This document shows positions 27,758 to 36,765 of a stretch of DNA of 40,111 bases, in pieces. This stretch comes from Occultella glacieicola (GTDB lineage Bacteria; Actinomycetota; Actinomycetes; Actinomycetales; Beutenbergiaceae), in assembly GCF_004353825.1 (NCBI RefSeq), contig NZ_SMNA01000021.1:1-40111 (forward strand), written 5' to 3'. Position 1 is the first letter of the stretch. Each line of letters opens with the position of its first letter. The notes under the pieces were generated by a model, which was not told the origin of the DNA, did no database searches, and saw nothing but the letters and a program-made list of their open reading frames with translations. The position numbers and the translations under genes are program-made.

Positions 27758-29308
27758 GTGAACTCCGAGCAGAACGACCCGTCCGCCCCTGCCGTCGACG
27801 TGCCCGTCGACGCCCTCGACGAGGCCGCGGCCGACGAGCGGGACGAACGCTACGACGTCGCCGACAGCTCCGACGACGTCCAGCGCGCCGAGGCACTGCG
27901 CGCCGGCCTGTCCGAGTACGAGTTGGACGAGGCCGACCTGTCCCTGCTCCAGCAGGGCGAGGGCGACGGCGTCGGCTCCGGTGCGGAGGGGCCGCTGCCG
28001 GTGCTCGCGGTCATCGGGCGCCCGAACGTGGGCAAGTCGACCCTGGTGAACCGGATCCTCGGGCGTCGGGAGGCCGTGGTCCAGGACACACCGGGCGTCA
28101 CCCGGGACCGGGTCAGTTACCCGGCCGAGTGGGCGGGCCGGAACTTCACCCTGGTGGACACCGGCGGCTGGGAGCGGGACGTCAAGGGCCTCGCCTCCCG
28201 GGTCGCCGACCAGGCCGAGATCGCGATCGCGCTCGCGGACGCGGTGCTGTTCGTTGTCGACGCCACGGTCGGTCCGACGGACACTGACTCCTACGTCGTG
28301 AACCTGCTCCGCCGCGCGAACAAGCCCACCATCCTGGTCGCGAACAAGGTGGACGACCAGCGCGGCGAGGCGGACGCGGCAATGCTGTGGTCGCTGGGCC
28401 TCGGGGAGCCGTTCGCGGTCTCCGCGCTGCACGGACGCGGCTCGGGCGACCTGCTGGACGCGGCCCTGGCGCTGCTGCCCGAGGTCTCCACGGTCGGCAC
28501 CCGGATCCCGGAGGGCGGTCCGCGCCGGGTGGCCCTGGTCGGTCGCCCGAACGTGGGCAAGTCCTCGCTGCTGAACTCGATCACCCGCTCGGACCGGGTG
28601 GTCGTGGACAGCGTCGCCGGGACCACCCGCGACCCCGTCGACGAGCTGGTCACGCTGGGGGAGCGGGCCTGGTGGTTCGTGGACACGGCCGGTATCCGGC
28701 GCCGCGTGCACCAGACCTCCGGGGCGGACTTCTACGCCTCCCTGCGCACCCAGAGCGCGCTGGAGAAGGCGGAGGTCGCCGTCGTCCTCATCGACGCGAG
28801 CACGCCGATGACCGAACAGGACGTGCGCGTGGTCCAGCAGGTCATCGACGCCGGCCGGGCCCTCGTGATCGCCTACAACAAGTGGGACCTGATGGACGAA
28901 GACCGACGACCGTTCCTCGAGCGCGAGATCGAGCAGCAGCTGGTCCAGGTGCCGTGGGCGCCCCGGGTGAACTTCTCAGCGAAGACCCGCTGGCACGTGG
29001 ACCGGCTCACCCGGGCCCTGGACACGGCCCTCGCGTCCTGGGACACCCGGATCCCGACCGGGAGGCTGAACGCGTTCCTCGGCGAGCTGACCGCGGCCCA
29101 TCCGCACCCGGTCCGTGGGGGCAAGCAGCCCCGGATCCTGTTCGCGACCCAGGCGAGCACCCGCCCGCCGCGGTTCGTGGTGTTCGCCACCGGATTCCTC
29201 GACCCCGCCTACCGTCGGTTCATCGAGCGCCGGCTCCGGGAGACGTTCGGGTTCGAGGGCACCCCGATCGAGATCAGCGTGCGGGTCCGCGAGAAGCGGA
29301 AGCGGTAG
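27758..29308 (+). CDS. der: Ribosome biogenesis GTPase Der (EngA)
   Basis: Two GRPNVGKS P-loops, DTGG/DTAG, NKVD/NKWD, and C-terminal FGFEGTPI. Confidence 0.97.
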   Translation: MNSEQNDPSAPAVDVPVDALDEAAADERDERYDVADSSDDVQRAEALRAGLSEYELDEADLSLLQQGEGDGVGSGAEGPLPVLAVIGRPNVGKSTLVNRILGRREAVVQDTPGVTRDRVSYPAEWAGRNFTLVDTGGWERDVKGLASRVADQAEIAIALADAVLFVVDATVGPTDTDSYVVNLLRRANKPTILVANKVDDQRGEADAAMLWSLGLGEPFAVSALHGRGSGDLLDAALALLPEVSTVGTRIPEGGPRRVALVGRPNVGKSSLLNSITRSDRVVVDSVAGTTRDPVDELVTLGERAWWFVDTAGIRRRVHQTSGADFYASLRTQSALEKAEVAVVLIDASTPMTEQDVRVVQQVIDAGRALVIAYNKWDLMDEDRRPFLEREIEQQLVQVPWAPRVNFSAKTRWHVDRLTRALDTALASWDTRIPTGRLNAFLGELTAAHPHPVRGGKQPRILFATQASTRPPRFVVFATGFLDPAYRRFIERRLRETFGFEGTPIEISVRVREKRKR

Positions 29309-29402
29309 GCCGACGGCGGAGGTCGCCCTCGGCGGGTCGGCTGCCGGTCGCAGTGGGCTGCTCGGGCGCAGCCTGGTCACCGCCACGCCCACCAGGCACG
29401 GC

Positions 29403-29603
29403 GCCGCCGGCGTGGGGGTGGCCGTGATGCGGTCGCTGGCGGTCGGGTTGCTGCCGCCGAAGGTACGGGCCGTGCCGGTGGTCGACCCGGCACCGACCCG
29501 CCGCATCGGCGTGGCGGTCAAGGAGTCGGCGTCCCATCACCCGGCCGCGGTCCGGGTCGTGGAACTGCTCCGGGAGCAGGCGGGCGCGCTCACGCCCGTC
29601 TGA
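29403..29603 (+). pseudogene. Orphan C-terminal fragment of a LysR-type regulator
   Basis: AAGVGVAVMRSLAVGLLPPKVRAVPVVDPAPTRRIGVAVKESASHHPAAVRVVELLR resembles the LysR substrate-domain tail. No HTH or credible start upstream. Confidence 0.7.
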
Positions 29604-29665
29604 CGGGCGTCGGCGGTCGGCTCGCCGGCTTGCGCTCGTGGCCGCCCGGGCTGAGCCTTGAGACC

Positions 29666-30139
29666 ATGCGCGCCCGCACTCTGCTTGCCACGTCGCTCGC
29701 CACTGCCACCACTGCCGTTGCCGGATCGGTGGCGACGGACCCGGACGGTGACTGGTTCCGATCGCTGGACCTGCCCGACTTCTATCCGCCGAAGGCGACG
29801 TTCCCGATCGTCTGGACCGCCCTGTACGCCGACCTTGCGGTGGCCGGCGCCGCGGCGATCGACGCCTGCACCGACCCTGCCGAGCGGACAGCGCTGCAAC
29901 GCTCTCTCGCCGTGAACCTCGTCCTGAACGGAGCCTGGAGTTGGCTGTTCTGGCGGTCCCGCCGGCCCTGGCTGGCGACCGTCGAGTGCCTCGTCCTCAC
30001 CGGCCACTCGGCCCTGCTCGTCCGCCGGATCCGTCGGGCGAATCCGGGCGCGGCCCGCGCGCTCGTGCCGTATCCGTTGTGGTGCGCTTTCGCGACCGTC
30101 CTGAACGCAAGCATCGCCGGTCGCAACCCGCACGACTGA
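29666..30139 (+). CDS. tspO: TspO/MBR-family sensory membrane protein
   Basis: WFRSLDLPDFYPPKATFPIVWTALY, NLVLNGAWSWLF, LVPYPLWCAFATVLN. Confidence 0.9.
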   Translation: MRARTLLATSLATATTAVAGSVATDPDGDWFRSLDLPDFYPPKATFPIVWTALYADLAVAGAAAIDACTDPAERTALQRSLAVNLVLNGAWSWLFWRSRRPWLATVECLVLTGHSALLVRRIRRANPGAARALVPYPLWCAFATVLNASIAGRNPHD

Positions 30140-30160
30140 GCGAACGGCCGCCGTCGGGCC

Positions 30161-31168
30161 TCAGGTCGAGGCGCGCACCAGCAGGTGGTGCGCCACCCGG
30201 GCGCGGACGCCCTGGAGCGGCACCTCGCCGTCGTACATGCCCAGGGCCATCCCGACGGCGGACTCGGCCACCGCGTTCATGTCCACCGCCAGGGTGGTCA
30301 GTTCGGGCGAGACGAACCGGCCCAGGTTCAGCCCGTCGCAGCCGGCCAGGCGCACCCGGCCGGGCACGTCCACGCCGGCCTCGTGCAGCGCCTTCAGGGC
30401 CCCGCAGGCGACGATGTCGTTGAACGTCATGATCGCGTCCACGTCCGGGTGGGCGGCCAGCAGCGCGTTCCCGCCGGCCACCCCGGAACTGAGTGACTTC
30501 GACGCGGCGGTCACGGTCGGGACCCGCACGCCGCGGTCCGCCATCGCGGTCAGGAACGACTGGCCGCGGGCGGACGGGAACCCGGGCAGGCCCACATCCA
30601 GCAGCACCGGGCGCTGCGAACCGCGCTCGAGCAGGTGGTCGGCCAGGTCGCCCATGGCGTCGTCCACCTCCATCTCGACGCCGCCGCCGTAGGTGTACTC
30701 GCCCATGTCGATCCGCACGAACGGCACCCCGGCGAGGACCTCCTGCGCCTGGGTGTCGGTCAGCGCCGGATATCCGATCACGACGTCCGCCTGCTTCGCG
30801 AGGTCGGCGATCAGCGAGTACTGGTCCGCGGCCTTCGCGGTCTGGGCCAGGATCACGTTCCAGCCGCGGTCCCGGGCGCTGGAAACCACCGCCGACGCCA
30901 GTTGCGGGTAGTACGGGTTCATCAGGTCGTCGACCACGAGCCCGACGGTGCGCTGGGTGTGGCCGACCAGGCCGCGCCCGAAACGTGAGGGGCGGTAGGC
31001 GAGTTCCTTCGCGGCGGCCAGGACCCGCTCCTTGGTGGCCACCTTGATCCCGGGCATGTCGTTCATCGCCCGGGTCACGGTCTGCCGGGACACCCCGGCT
31101 GCCTCGGCCACGTCGATGATCGTGGCCGGGCGCGACCCGGGACCCGCGCCCCCGGCCCTCGGGGTCAC
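30161..31168 (-). CDS. LacI-family transcriptional regulator
   Basis: ATIIDVAEAAGVSRQTVTRAMN, NPYY, FNDIVACG, VPGRVRLAGCDG, PELTT. GTGA overlap with the upstream gene. Confidence 0.92.
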   Translation of the reverse strand: MTPRAGGAGPGSRPATIIDVAEAAGVSRQTVTRAMNDMPGIKVATKERVLAAAKELAYRPSRFGRGLVGHTQRTVGLVVDDLMNPYYPQLASAVVSSARDRGWNVILAQTAKAADQYSLIADLAKQADVVIGYPALTDTQAQEVLAGVPFVRIDMGEYTYGGGVEMEVDDAMGDLADHLLERGSQRPVLLDVGLPGFPSARGQSFLTAMADRGVRVPTVTAASKSLSSGVAGGNALLAAHPDVDAIMTFNDIVACGALKALHEAGVDVPGRVRLAGCDGLNLGRFVSPELTTLAVDMNAVAESAVGMALGMYDGEVPLQGVRARVAHHLLVRAST

Positions 31169-33147
31169 GGGGCGTCCGCGCGCAGGTCCAGGTAGTCCAC
31201 CTGCCCCGGGGTCAGCTCGACCGCCAGCGACTCCAGCGACGACCGGGTCTCCGCGATGGTGCGCGGCCCGATCAGCGGGAACGTCGGGAACGGCTGGTGC
31301 AGCACGAAGGCAAGCGCGACCGCGGTCGGGTGCACGCCGAACTCCTGCGCGAGTTCGCGCGCCCGGCGGAGCCGCTCGAAGTTCGCGTCGCTGTAGTAGC
31401 AGCGCACGAGTTCGGTGTCGGAGCGGTCGTCCGGGTCGGCGCGGGCGAAGAACCCGCGGGCCTGGGAGGACCACGGCAGCAGCGGTGTCCCGGTGCGGGT
31501 CAGCCACTCCTTCGACTCCGGGTCGGTGGCGTGCCGGCAGCCGACCCAGGGCACGTCGTAGGCCTCGGCGAGACCGAAGTGGTTGCTCAGCACCCCGAAG
31601 CCCTGTCGCCCGTTCGCCGCCGCGTAGGCGTTCGCCTCCTCGAAGCGTTCGATGGTCCAGTTGGAGCCGCCGAACACGCCGATCCGGCCGGCGCGGGCGT
31701 GCTCGTCGAGGACGTCCACGAACTCCCCGACCGGGATGTCCGGGTTGTCCCGGTGCATCATGTAGACGTCCGCGCCCTCGATGCCGAGCCGCTCCAGCGA
31801 CGTCAGCAGCTGGCTGCTCAGGGCCTCGGGGTTGCAGTTCGGGGTGTGCGCACCCTTGGCGATCACGACCACGTCCTCCCGGACCCCACGGGTGGCGAGC
31901 CAGCGCCCGAGCAGGGTCTCCATCCGGCCGCCGCCGTACCCGAAGGCGGTGTCGAAGGCGTTCCCGCCGGCCTGCGCGAAGTGGTCGAACATCGCGGCAG
32001 CGTGGGGGAGGGTCCGCTGGTTGTCGCAGCCCATCACCACCCGGGAGATGTCCTTGTCCACGCCCGGGATGCGGCCGTAGCGCATCTGCTCCCGGGCGAA
32101 CGTCAGCGGCTGCCCGGAGACCGTGGGGATCTGCGCCTCGTCGCGCTCGAACGGGTAGGCCAGGCCGATCTGCGCGCGCCACGCGTCCAGGACCACGGCG
32201 TTGCCGAGGGAGTCCGCGTGGCTCATCCCGGCGACCTCGCCGGTCCCGGTCGCCTCCGCGAGGGCGTCGGCCTCGAGGGCGTACGGGGAGTACCCGTCGA
32301 ACCTCTCGGTGACCGGCTCCTGCCCGACGACGGCGAGCGTCAGGACATTGTCGTCCGCGATCGTCCAGGGGTTCACCAGGTGGATGTACCCGGCCGAGCC
32401 GTACACGGTGAGCGAGACGTCGGCGAGTCGCACGCCGGTCCGCACGGACGCCGTCGTCCCGTTCGCGAAACCCAGGTCCGCGACCGCCCAGGTGTCGACC
32501 CCGTTCTCGACGGTGCCCGCGGCCCGGACCTCGACCGGGTCCGCGAACCCGGCCCCGGTGGCCGCGCCGACGATCGCCCGGGCGTAGGAGACCGGGTAGG
32601 CGCCGACGTCGAGGATGCCGCCGCCGGCCAGGTCCTCGTCGAAGAGCCGGCCCTCGGTGGCGCCGGTGGCGAACGCGAAGGCCGCGTCCACGTGCCGGAG
32701 GTCGCCGATGGCGCCGTCGGCGACGAGTTCGAGGAGTCGGAGCGTCTGCGGGTGGAACCGGTACATGAACGCCTCGAGGAGGACCTTCCCGCTGGTCCGG
32801 GCTGCGTCGACCATGGCCATCGCCTGGGCGTGGTTCGGGGCCAGCGGCTTCTCACTGAGGACGTGCTTGCCGGCGGTCAGGGCGGCGATCGCCAGTTGCG
32901 CGTGCGTGGTGTGCACGGTGGCGATGTAGACGGCGTCGACCTCGGGGTCGGCGAGGATCTGCGTATAGGTGCCCGTGCGCAGCGAGCCGTGGCGCTCGGC
33001 GAACTCGTCGGCGAAGGCCCGGGCCCGGCCGGCGTCGGAGCTGGCGACGGCGACGAGCGTGCCGTGGGCGCTCGCCGAGAGTTGCGTGGCGAAGCGACGG
33101 GCGATGCGGCCGGGACCGAGCACGGCCCAGCGGAGCGGGGAGGTCAT
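31165..33147 (-). CDS. Gfo/Idh/MocA oxidoreductase fused to an aldo/keto reductase
   Basis: N-terminal WAVLGPGRIA, GKHVLSEKP, EAFMYRFHP, GGGILDVG. C-terminal FDTAFGYG, IAKG, MHRD, FGGSNW, LIGPRT. Confidence 0.9.
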   Translation of the reverse strand: MTSPLRWAVLGPGRIARRFATQLSASAHGTLVAVASSDAGRARAFADEFAERHGSLRTGTYTQILADPEVDAVYIATVHTTHAQLAIAALTAGKHVLSEKPLAPNHAQAMAMVDAARTSGKVLLEAFMYRFHPQTLRLLELVADGAIGDLRHVDAAFAFATGATEGRLFDEDLAGGGILDVGAYPVSYARAIVGAATGAGFADPVEVRAAGTVENGVDTWAVADLGFANGTTASVRTGVRLADVSLTVYGSAGYIHLVNPWTIADDNVLTLAVVGQEPVTERFDGYSPYALEADALAEATGTGEVAGMSHADSLGNAVVLDAWRAQIGLAYPFERDEAQIPTVSGQPLTFAREQMRYGRIPGVDKDISRVVMGCDNQRTLPHAAAMFDHFAQAGGNAFDTAFGYGGGRMETLLGRWLATRGVREDVVVIAKGAHTPNCNPEALSSQLLTSLERLGIEGADVYMMHRDNPDIPVGEFVDVLDEHARAGRIGVFGGSNWTIERFEEANAYAAANGRQGFGVLSNHFGLAEAYDVPWVGCRHATDPESKEWLTRTGTPLLPWSSQARGFFARADPDDRSDTELVRCYYSDANFERLRRARELAQEFGVHPTAVALAFVLHQPFPTFPLIGPRTIAETRSSLESLAVELTPGQVDYLDLRADAP

Positions 33148-33220
33148 GGAGTTGTCACCTTCGAGACTCGGGTGCAGCGGTTCGGGGCGGCCGATCACCC
33201 TCGGGAGTGCCGACGGTGGC

Positions 33221-33260
33221 CGTGAACGTTCACGCTACGGGTTGTCCGGCCTCGGGACAA
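33221..33260 (-). promoter_or_regulatory. LacI-type operator overlapping the promoter of the oxidoreductase-lacI operon
   Basis: Perfect palindrome CGTGAACGTTCACG (33221-33234). On the minus strand -35 TTGTCC (33255-33260), 17 nt, -10 TAGCGT (33232-33237). Confidence 0.75.
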
Positions 33261-33287
33261 GGGCTTCGGTGTGGTCGGCTGTCGCGA

Positions 33288-34022
33288 TCAGTCGTCGGTC
33301 CCGAAGCCGAGCCCGATCACCTCGAACGTGGTGCCGTAGCGGGTGCCGGTGGCCTCGCCGCCGGAGGTGGCGATTCCGGTGAGGAACTCCTCCGGGTCGA
33401 AATGCCAGGACAGTCCGTCGATGTAGGCCTTGTGCTCCTTCAGGGAGGCGAGACCGGCGTCGAACGTCTCGGTGGTGTCGACGCCGTGGGTGGCGTCGGG
33501 CGAGCCGGCGACCCAGACCTGCCGGACCCCGCTCCATGGTTCGAGGCCGTCACCGAGCTGGTCGTGGAACACCCACCGGTTGCCGGCGTCCCGGACCGCG
33601 TCGAGGGTGGCCCGGCCGGTCGCGATGTGGTCCGCCTGGTTCAGGCCGCCGCCCGGGAAGGACTCCGCGAAGTTGATGGTGATGACGATCTCCGGACGAT
33701 GCTCGCGCACGACCTTCGTGATCGCCCGCCGCAGGTCGACGCCGTACTCGAGCACGCCGTCGGGCAGGCGCAGGAACTCGACGGTGTCCACGCCCACGGC
33801 CCGCGCGGAGGCGACCTCCTCCGCCTCGCGGAGCGGGCCGGCCTCGTCCGGGTGGATGGCGTCGATGCCGGCCTCGCCCGAGGTGACCATGCAGTAGACG
33901 ATCTCCTTGCCCTGGCCGGTCCAGCGGGCGATCGCGGCGGCGGTGCCGAACTCCATGTCGTCCGGGTGGGCGACGACGGCGAGGGCCTTCGACCAGTCCT
34001 CACCGATCGGGGGTAGCGTCAT
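33288..34022 (-). CDS. PIG-L/LmbE-family deacetylase
   Basis: AHPDDMEFG, TSGEAG, REAEE, LPDG, QADHIATG. ATGA overlap with the upstream gene. Confidence 0.9.
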   Translation of the reverse strand: MTLPPIGEDWSKALAVVAHPDDMEFGTAAAIARWTGQGKEIVYCMVTSGEAGIDAIHPDEAGPLREAEEVASARAVGVDTVEFLRLPDGVLEYGVDLRRAITKVVREHRPEIVITINFAESFPGGGLNQADHIATGRATLDAVRDAGNRWVFHDQLGDGLEPWSGVRQVWVAGSPDATHGVDTTETFDAGLASLKEHKAYIDGLSWHFDPEEFLTGIATSGGEATGTRYGTTFEVIGLGFGTDD

Positions 34023-34945
34023 CGGGGCTCCAGGGTGTGGGGGTCGGGTCTGGCGGTGTGGCTCGCGGCGTCCGAGGGTGGCACGGGGTGGCGCATCGGC
34101 TCGGCGGAGGTGAGCCAGCGCAGCCCCGCGGTGCCGAGCCGCCCGCCGAGCACGGCGGTGGTGCGGTCGCGCCGGGGGTGGTCCGGCACCCGCAGCGGTT
34201 CGCGCGCCCAGCGTGGCAGCGTGGCGACGGCGGCCCGTCCGAGGAGCCAATACGCGGGCTTGATCGGGCGCGGCAGGGGAGCGTGCCGGAGCAGGAACTC
34301 GGCCACGTCGGCGGCCGCGGGGGTGCCCTGCAACTCGGGCCGGAACGCCTCGATCGCGGCGCTAAGCTCGGCGCGGGTGTTCGGCACCGACTCGGCGCCG
34401 AGCCGGATCGCGACCTCACCGGCCTGCCGGACGTACTCGTCGTACTGGGCGGGCGTGAGCTTCTCGCGGCCGAAGTGCTCGTGGGCGACCAGGAAGGACT
34501 CGATCTCGGCGACGTGCACCCAGGTGATCAGGTGCGGGTCGTCCGCCCGGTAGGGGCGCCCGTCCGGCGCGGTGCCGTGCACGCGCTTGTGCACCGCCCG
34601 TACGATCCGGATCGCCCGCTCGGCGTGCTCGATCGTGCCGTAGGTGGTCTCCGAGATGTAGGTGGCCGTGCGCGCGAGCCGGCCCCAGGTGTTCTCGCGG
34701 TAGTCGGAGTGCTCCTCGACGGCCGCCATCGCGAGCGGGTGCAGCGCCTGCAACAGCAGCGCGCGCATCCCACCGATGTACATCGAGGCGTCCCCGTGCA
34801 CCACGCGGACCGGCGACCCCTTCGCGAACCACCGCGGGCCCGGCGTGGCATGGATGCGCGCCGTCTGCTCGGTGCCGTCCGGCCCGGCGACCTTCTCCAG
34901 GAGGGAGCGGCTGAGCCGGTTCCGCAGTTCTGTGATCTGTCCCAC
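34019..34945 (-). CDS. MpaB/DUF2236-like oxygenase family protein
   Basis: RVVHGDASMYIGGMRALLLQALHPLAMA, HSDYR, VRAVHKRV, YRADDPHLITWVH. Start taken as GTG 34945; ATG 34960/34963 are alternatives. Confidence 0.85.
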   Translation of the reverse strand: MGQITELRNRLSRSLLEKVAGPDGTEQTARIHATPGPRWFAKGSPVRVVHGDASMYIGGMRALLLQALHPLAMAAVEEHSDYRENTWGRLARTATYISETTYGTIEHAERAIRIVRAVHKRVHGTAPDGRPYRADDPHLITWVHVAEIESFLVAHEHFGREKLTPAQYDEYVRQAGEVAIRLGAESVPNTRAELSAAIEAFRPELQGTPAAADVAEFLLRHAPLPRPIKPAYWLLGRAAVATLPRWAREPLRVPDHPRRDRTTAVLGGRLGTAGLRWLTSAEPMRHPVPPSDAASHTARPDPHTLEPR

Positions 34946-35038
34946 GGATCCAGTCTGCATCATGGATCCGACACGTGGCGGATTCGGTTCGACGCCGCGG
35001 CTGCGGTAGTCTCATCCAGGCCCGTTTACGCGGGTCGG

Positions 35039-35112
35039 CGGGCTGTGGCGCAGCTTGGTAGCGCACCTGACTGGGGGTCAGGGGGTCGCAGGTTCAAATC
35101 CTGTCAGCCCGA
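35039..35112 (+). tRNA. tRNA-Pro (anticodon GGG)
   Basis: Acceptor stem CGGGCTG/CAGCCCG, D-arm GCGC..TTGGTA..GCGC, anticodon arm CCTGA-CTGGGGG-TCAGG, T-arm GCAGG-TTCAAAT-CCTGT. CCA not encoded. Confidence 0.97.
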
Positions 35113-35119
35113 CCGAGAG

Positions 35120-35152
35120 GTCCCGGAAACTCAAGGGTTTCCGGGACTTTTT
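35120..35152 (+). terminator. Intrinsic terminator of tRNA-Pro
   Basis: GTCCCGGAAAC-tcaagg-GTTTCCGGGAC-TTTTT. Confidence 0.9.
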
Positions 35153-35187
35153 CTGTAGGTGGATGTGATCCGGTCATCGAAAACCCA

Positions 35188-35682
35188 TCACTTTGACGCC
35201 CTCGCGGCCCGCTCGGGCCGCCGCGCTCCGGTGGACGTCTCGTCTTGCCGGTTGCTCCCGGTTCGTGGGTGGGAGCGGTCGATGCCCTCGGTGCTGGATA
35301 TCAGACGCGCGCCGGATGCGCGGATTGCCTGAGTGATCGCAACGTCGTCTGCCCGCGATCGTGCTAGGCGGTCGAGCTTGTGCACGATGACGTAGTCGAC
35401 CTGATGTTCCCTCAGGTACGCGAGCATCTGTTGGAGTCCCGGGCAGTTGGTGTTGCGCCCCGACTGGCCGCGGTCCACGAACTCGGCCGCCACGAGCGCC
35501 CCCAACCCGTATGCTTGACGTTGGTTCGCGTCTCGCTGGGCCGGGATGGAGAAGCCGTCTCGTGCACCTCCGCGATCTGCCTGACGAGCAGTAGAGACGC
35601 GGATATACGAAACCGCCGACCTCAGCGGGGACGGGTCAAGGACAGAAGTGGCAGCTTGAAGGAGATCGCGGGCTTTGTTCAT
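35188..35682 (-). pseudogene. Truncated large serine recombinase (integrase), catalytic domain only
   Basis: SYIRVST (catalytic Ser), SIPAQR, EFVDRGQSG, VIVHKLDRLARS, LISSTEGID, then similarity stops abruptly near 35280. No recombinase or Zn-ribbon domains. Confidence 0.85.
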
Positions 35683-35952
35683 TCAGCCAACAGTGGCCGA
35701 CGTGCCGGACGACATGAGATCGACACCGGTACCAGATGTCCGCGGAATCCAGCGGGTTGCGCGTACCGCCGCATCCTGTCCGTCTTGAAGAAGGAAGTCG
35801 GGGGCCGCCGGTTTCTGCACCTGGCGAGCAACGGAGACGCTGCGGCTCGGTTCTCTCCGGGCTTTCCAGCAGACTGTATTGAAATGTATCTTGTAGTGTC
35901 GGCTGGCAGACGGTGTGTCTTGGTGAATTGGCTGCGCGGATAGGGATTTGTT

Positions 35953-36765
35953 GTGCTGGAGCTAGAGCTCGATTTCGAGGCCCTCGGGGAGGTCTTCTCG
36001 ACGACCCAGAGTGCGCCGTTTGCGGTGATCGAGATTGAGGTGGAGCAGGCTGCGACGTTCGCGGATCGTCTGGGCGTTCCGGTGCGGCGGTGCTACATCT
36101 CTGATCCGAGTCTGCAGGCCCGAATCGCGGAGACGTCGGTGTCTGCTCGCACGATCGTTGGGTCGAAGCTTCCAGGTCGTGGATCGACGATGGCGGGTGA
36201 CTTCGGTGAGATCCTTACGGCGCTGTTCCATGCTGCGAGCGAGCATCCCGGGGTCGTTCTGGACCCGAAGAAGTGGCGGTTGAAACAGGATCGCACGAAG
36301 CCTGCTCCCGGTTCTGATGTGGTGCAGATGATCCTTCCGCAGTGGCCAGCGGCGTCGGCAGATGATCGGATCATCTGTGCTGAGGTGAAGACGAAGTCCA
36401 CCAGCGGTACGTCGACGCCCATCGCCAGTGCGATCGCGGACTCGGAGAAGGACAGCTCACGACGGTTCGTGAAGACGCTGAACTGGCTCAAAGAACGAGC
36501 GATCGACACGGGGCTGTCAACTATCTCGATCGAGCAGCTGGACAGATTCATCCACCCTGTAGACCACCCGGAGGCGACACGGGAGTTCCGCGCGGTGGCA
36601 GTTATCTGCGCGAGCCTGGTCGCCGACGAGTTGATCGGTGTGGTCCCCCCTCCTCCTAGCGAGCGGGCGTTGATCGTGATCTCGGTCCCTGACTTGAAGG
36701 AGACCTACGAGCGGGTCTTCGACGCCGCGCTGTTGACCGCAGAAGACGTCGAGGATGTCGCGTGA
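35953..36765 (+). CDS. hamA: Hachiman HamA-like (DUF1837-type) PD-(D/E)xK nuclease
   Basis: AGDFGEIL...KWRLK...GSDVV...CAEVKT motif order, 270 aa, translationally coupled (GTGA) to a Ski2-like helicase. Confidence 0.75.
   Translation: MLELELDFEALGEVFSTTQSAPFAVIEIEVEQAATFADRLGVPVRRCYISDPSLQARIAETSVSARTIVGSKLPGRGSTMAGDFGEILTALFHAASEHPGVVLDPKKWRLKQDRTKPAPGSDVVQMILPQWPAASADDRIICAEVKTKSTSGTSTPIASAIADSEKDSSRRFVKTLNWLKERAIDTGLSTISIEQLDRFIHPVDHPEATREFRAVAVICASLVADELIGVVPPPPSERALIVISVPDLKETYERVFDAALLTAEDVEDVA

Noticed and set aside
35683..35952. Possible ORF or third Hachiman component upstream of hamA (ORF 35380-35943)
   Set aside because: Mostly antisense to the recombinase, with no recognisable motif. 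The AT-richer 35875-35900 stretch is more likely a promoter, but the -35/-10 elements could not be assigned confidently.
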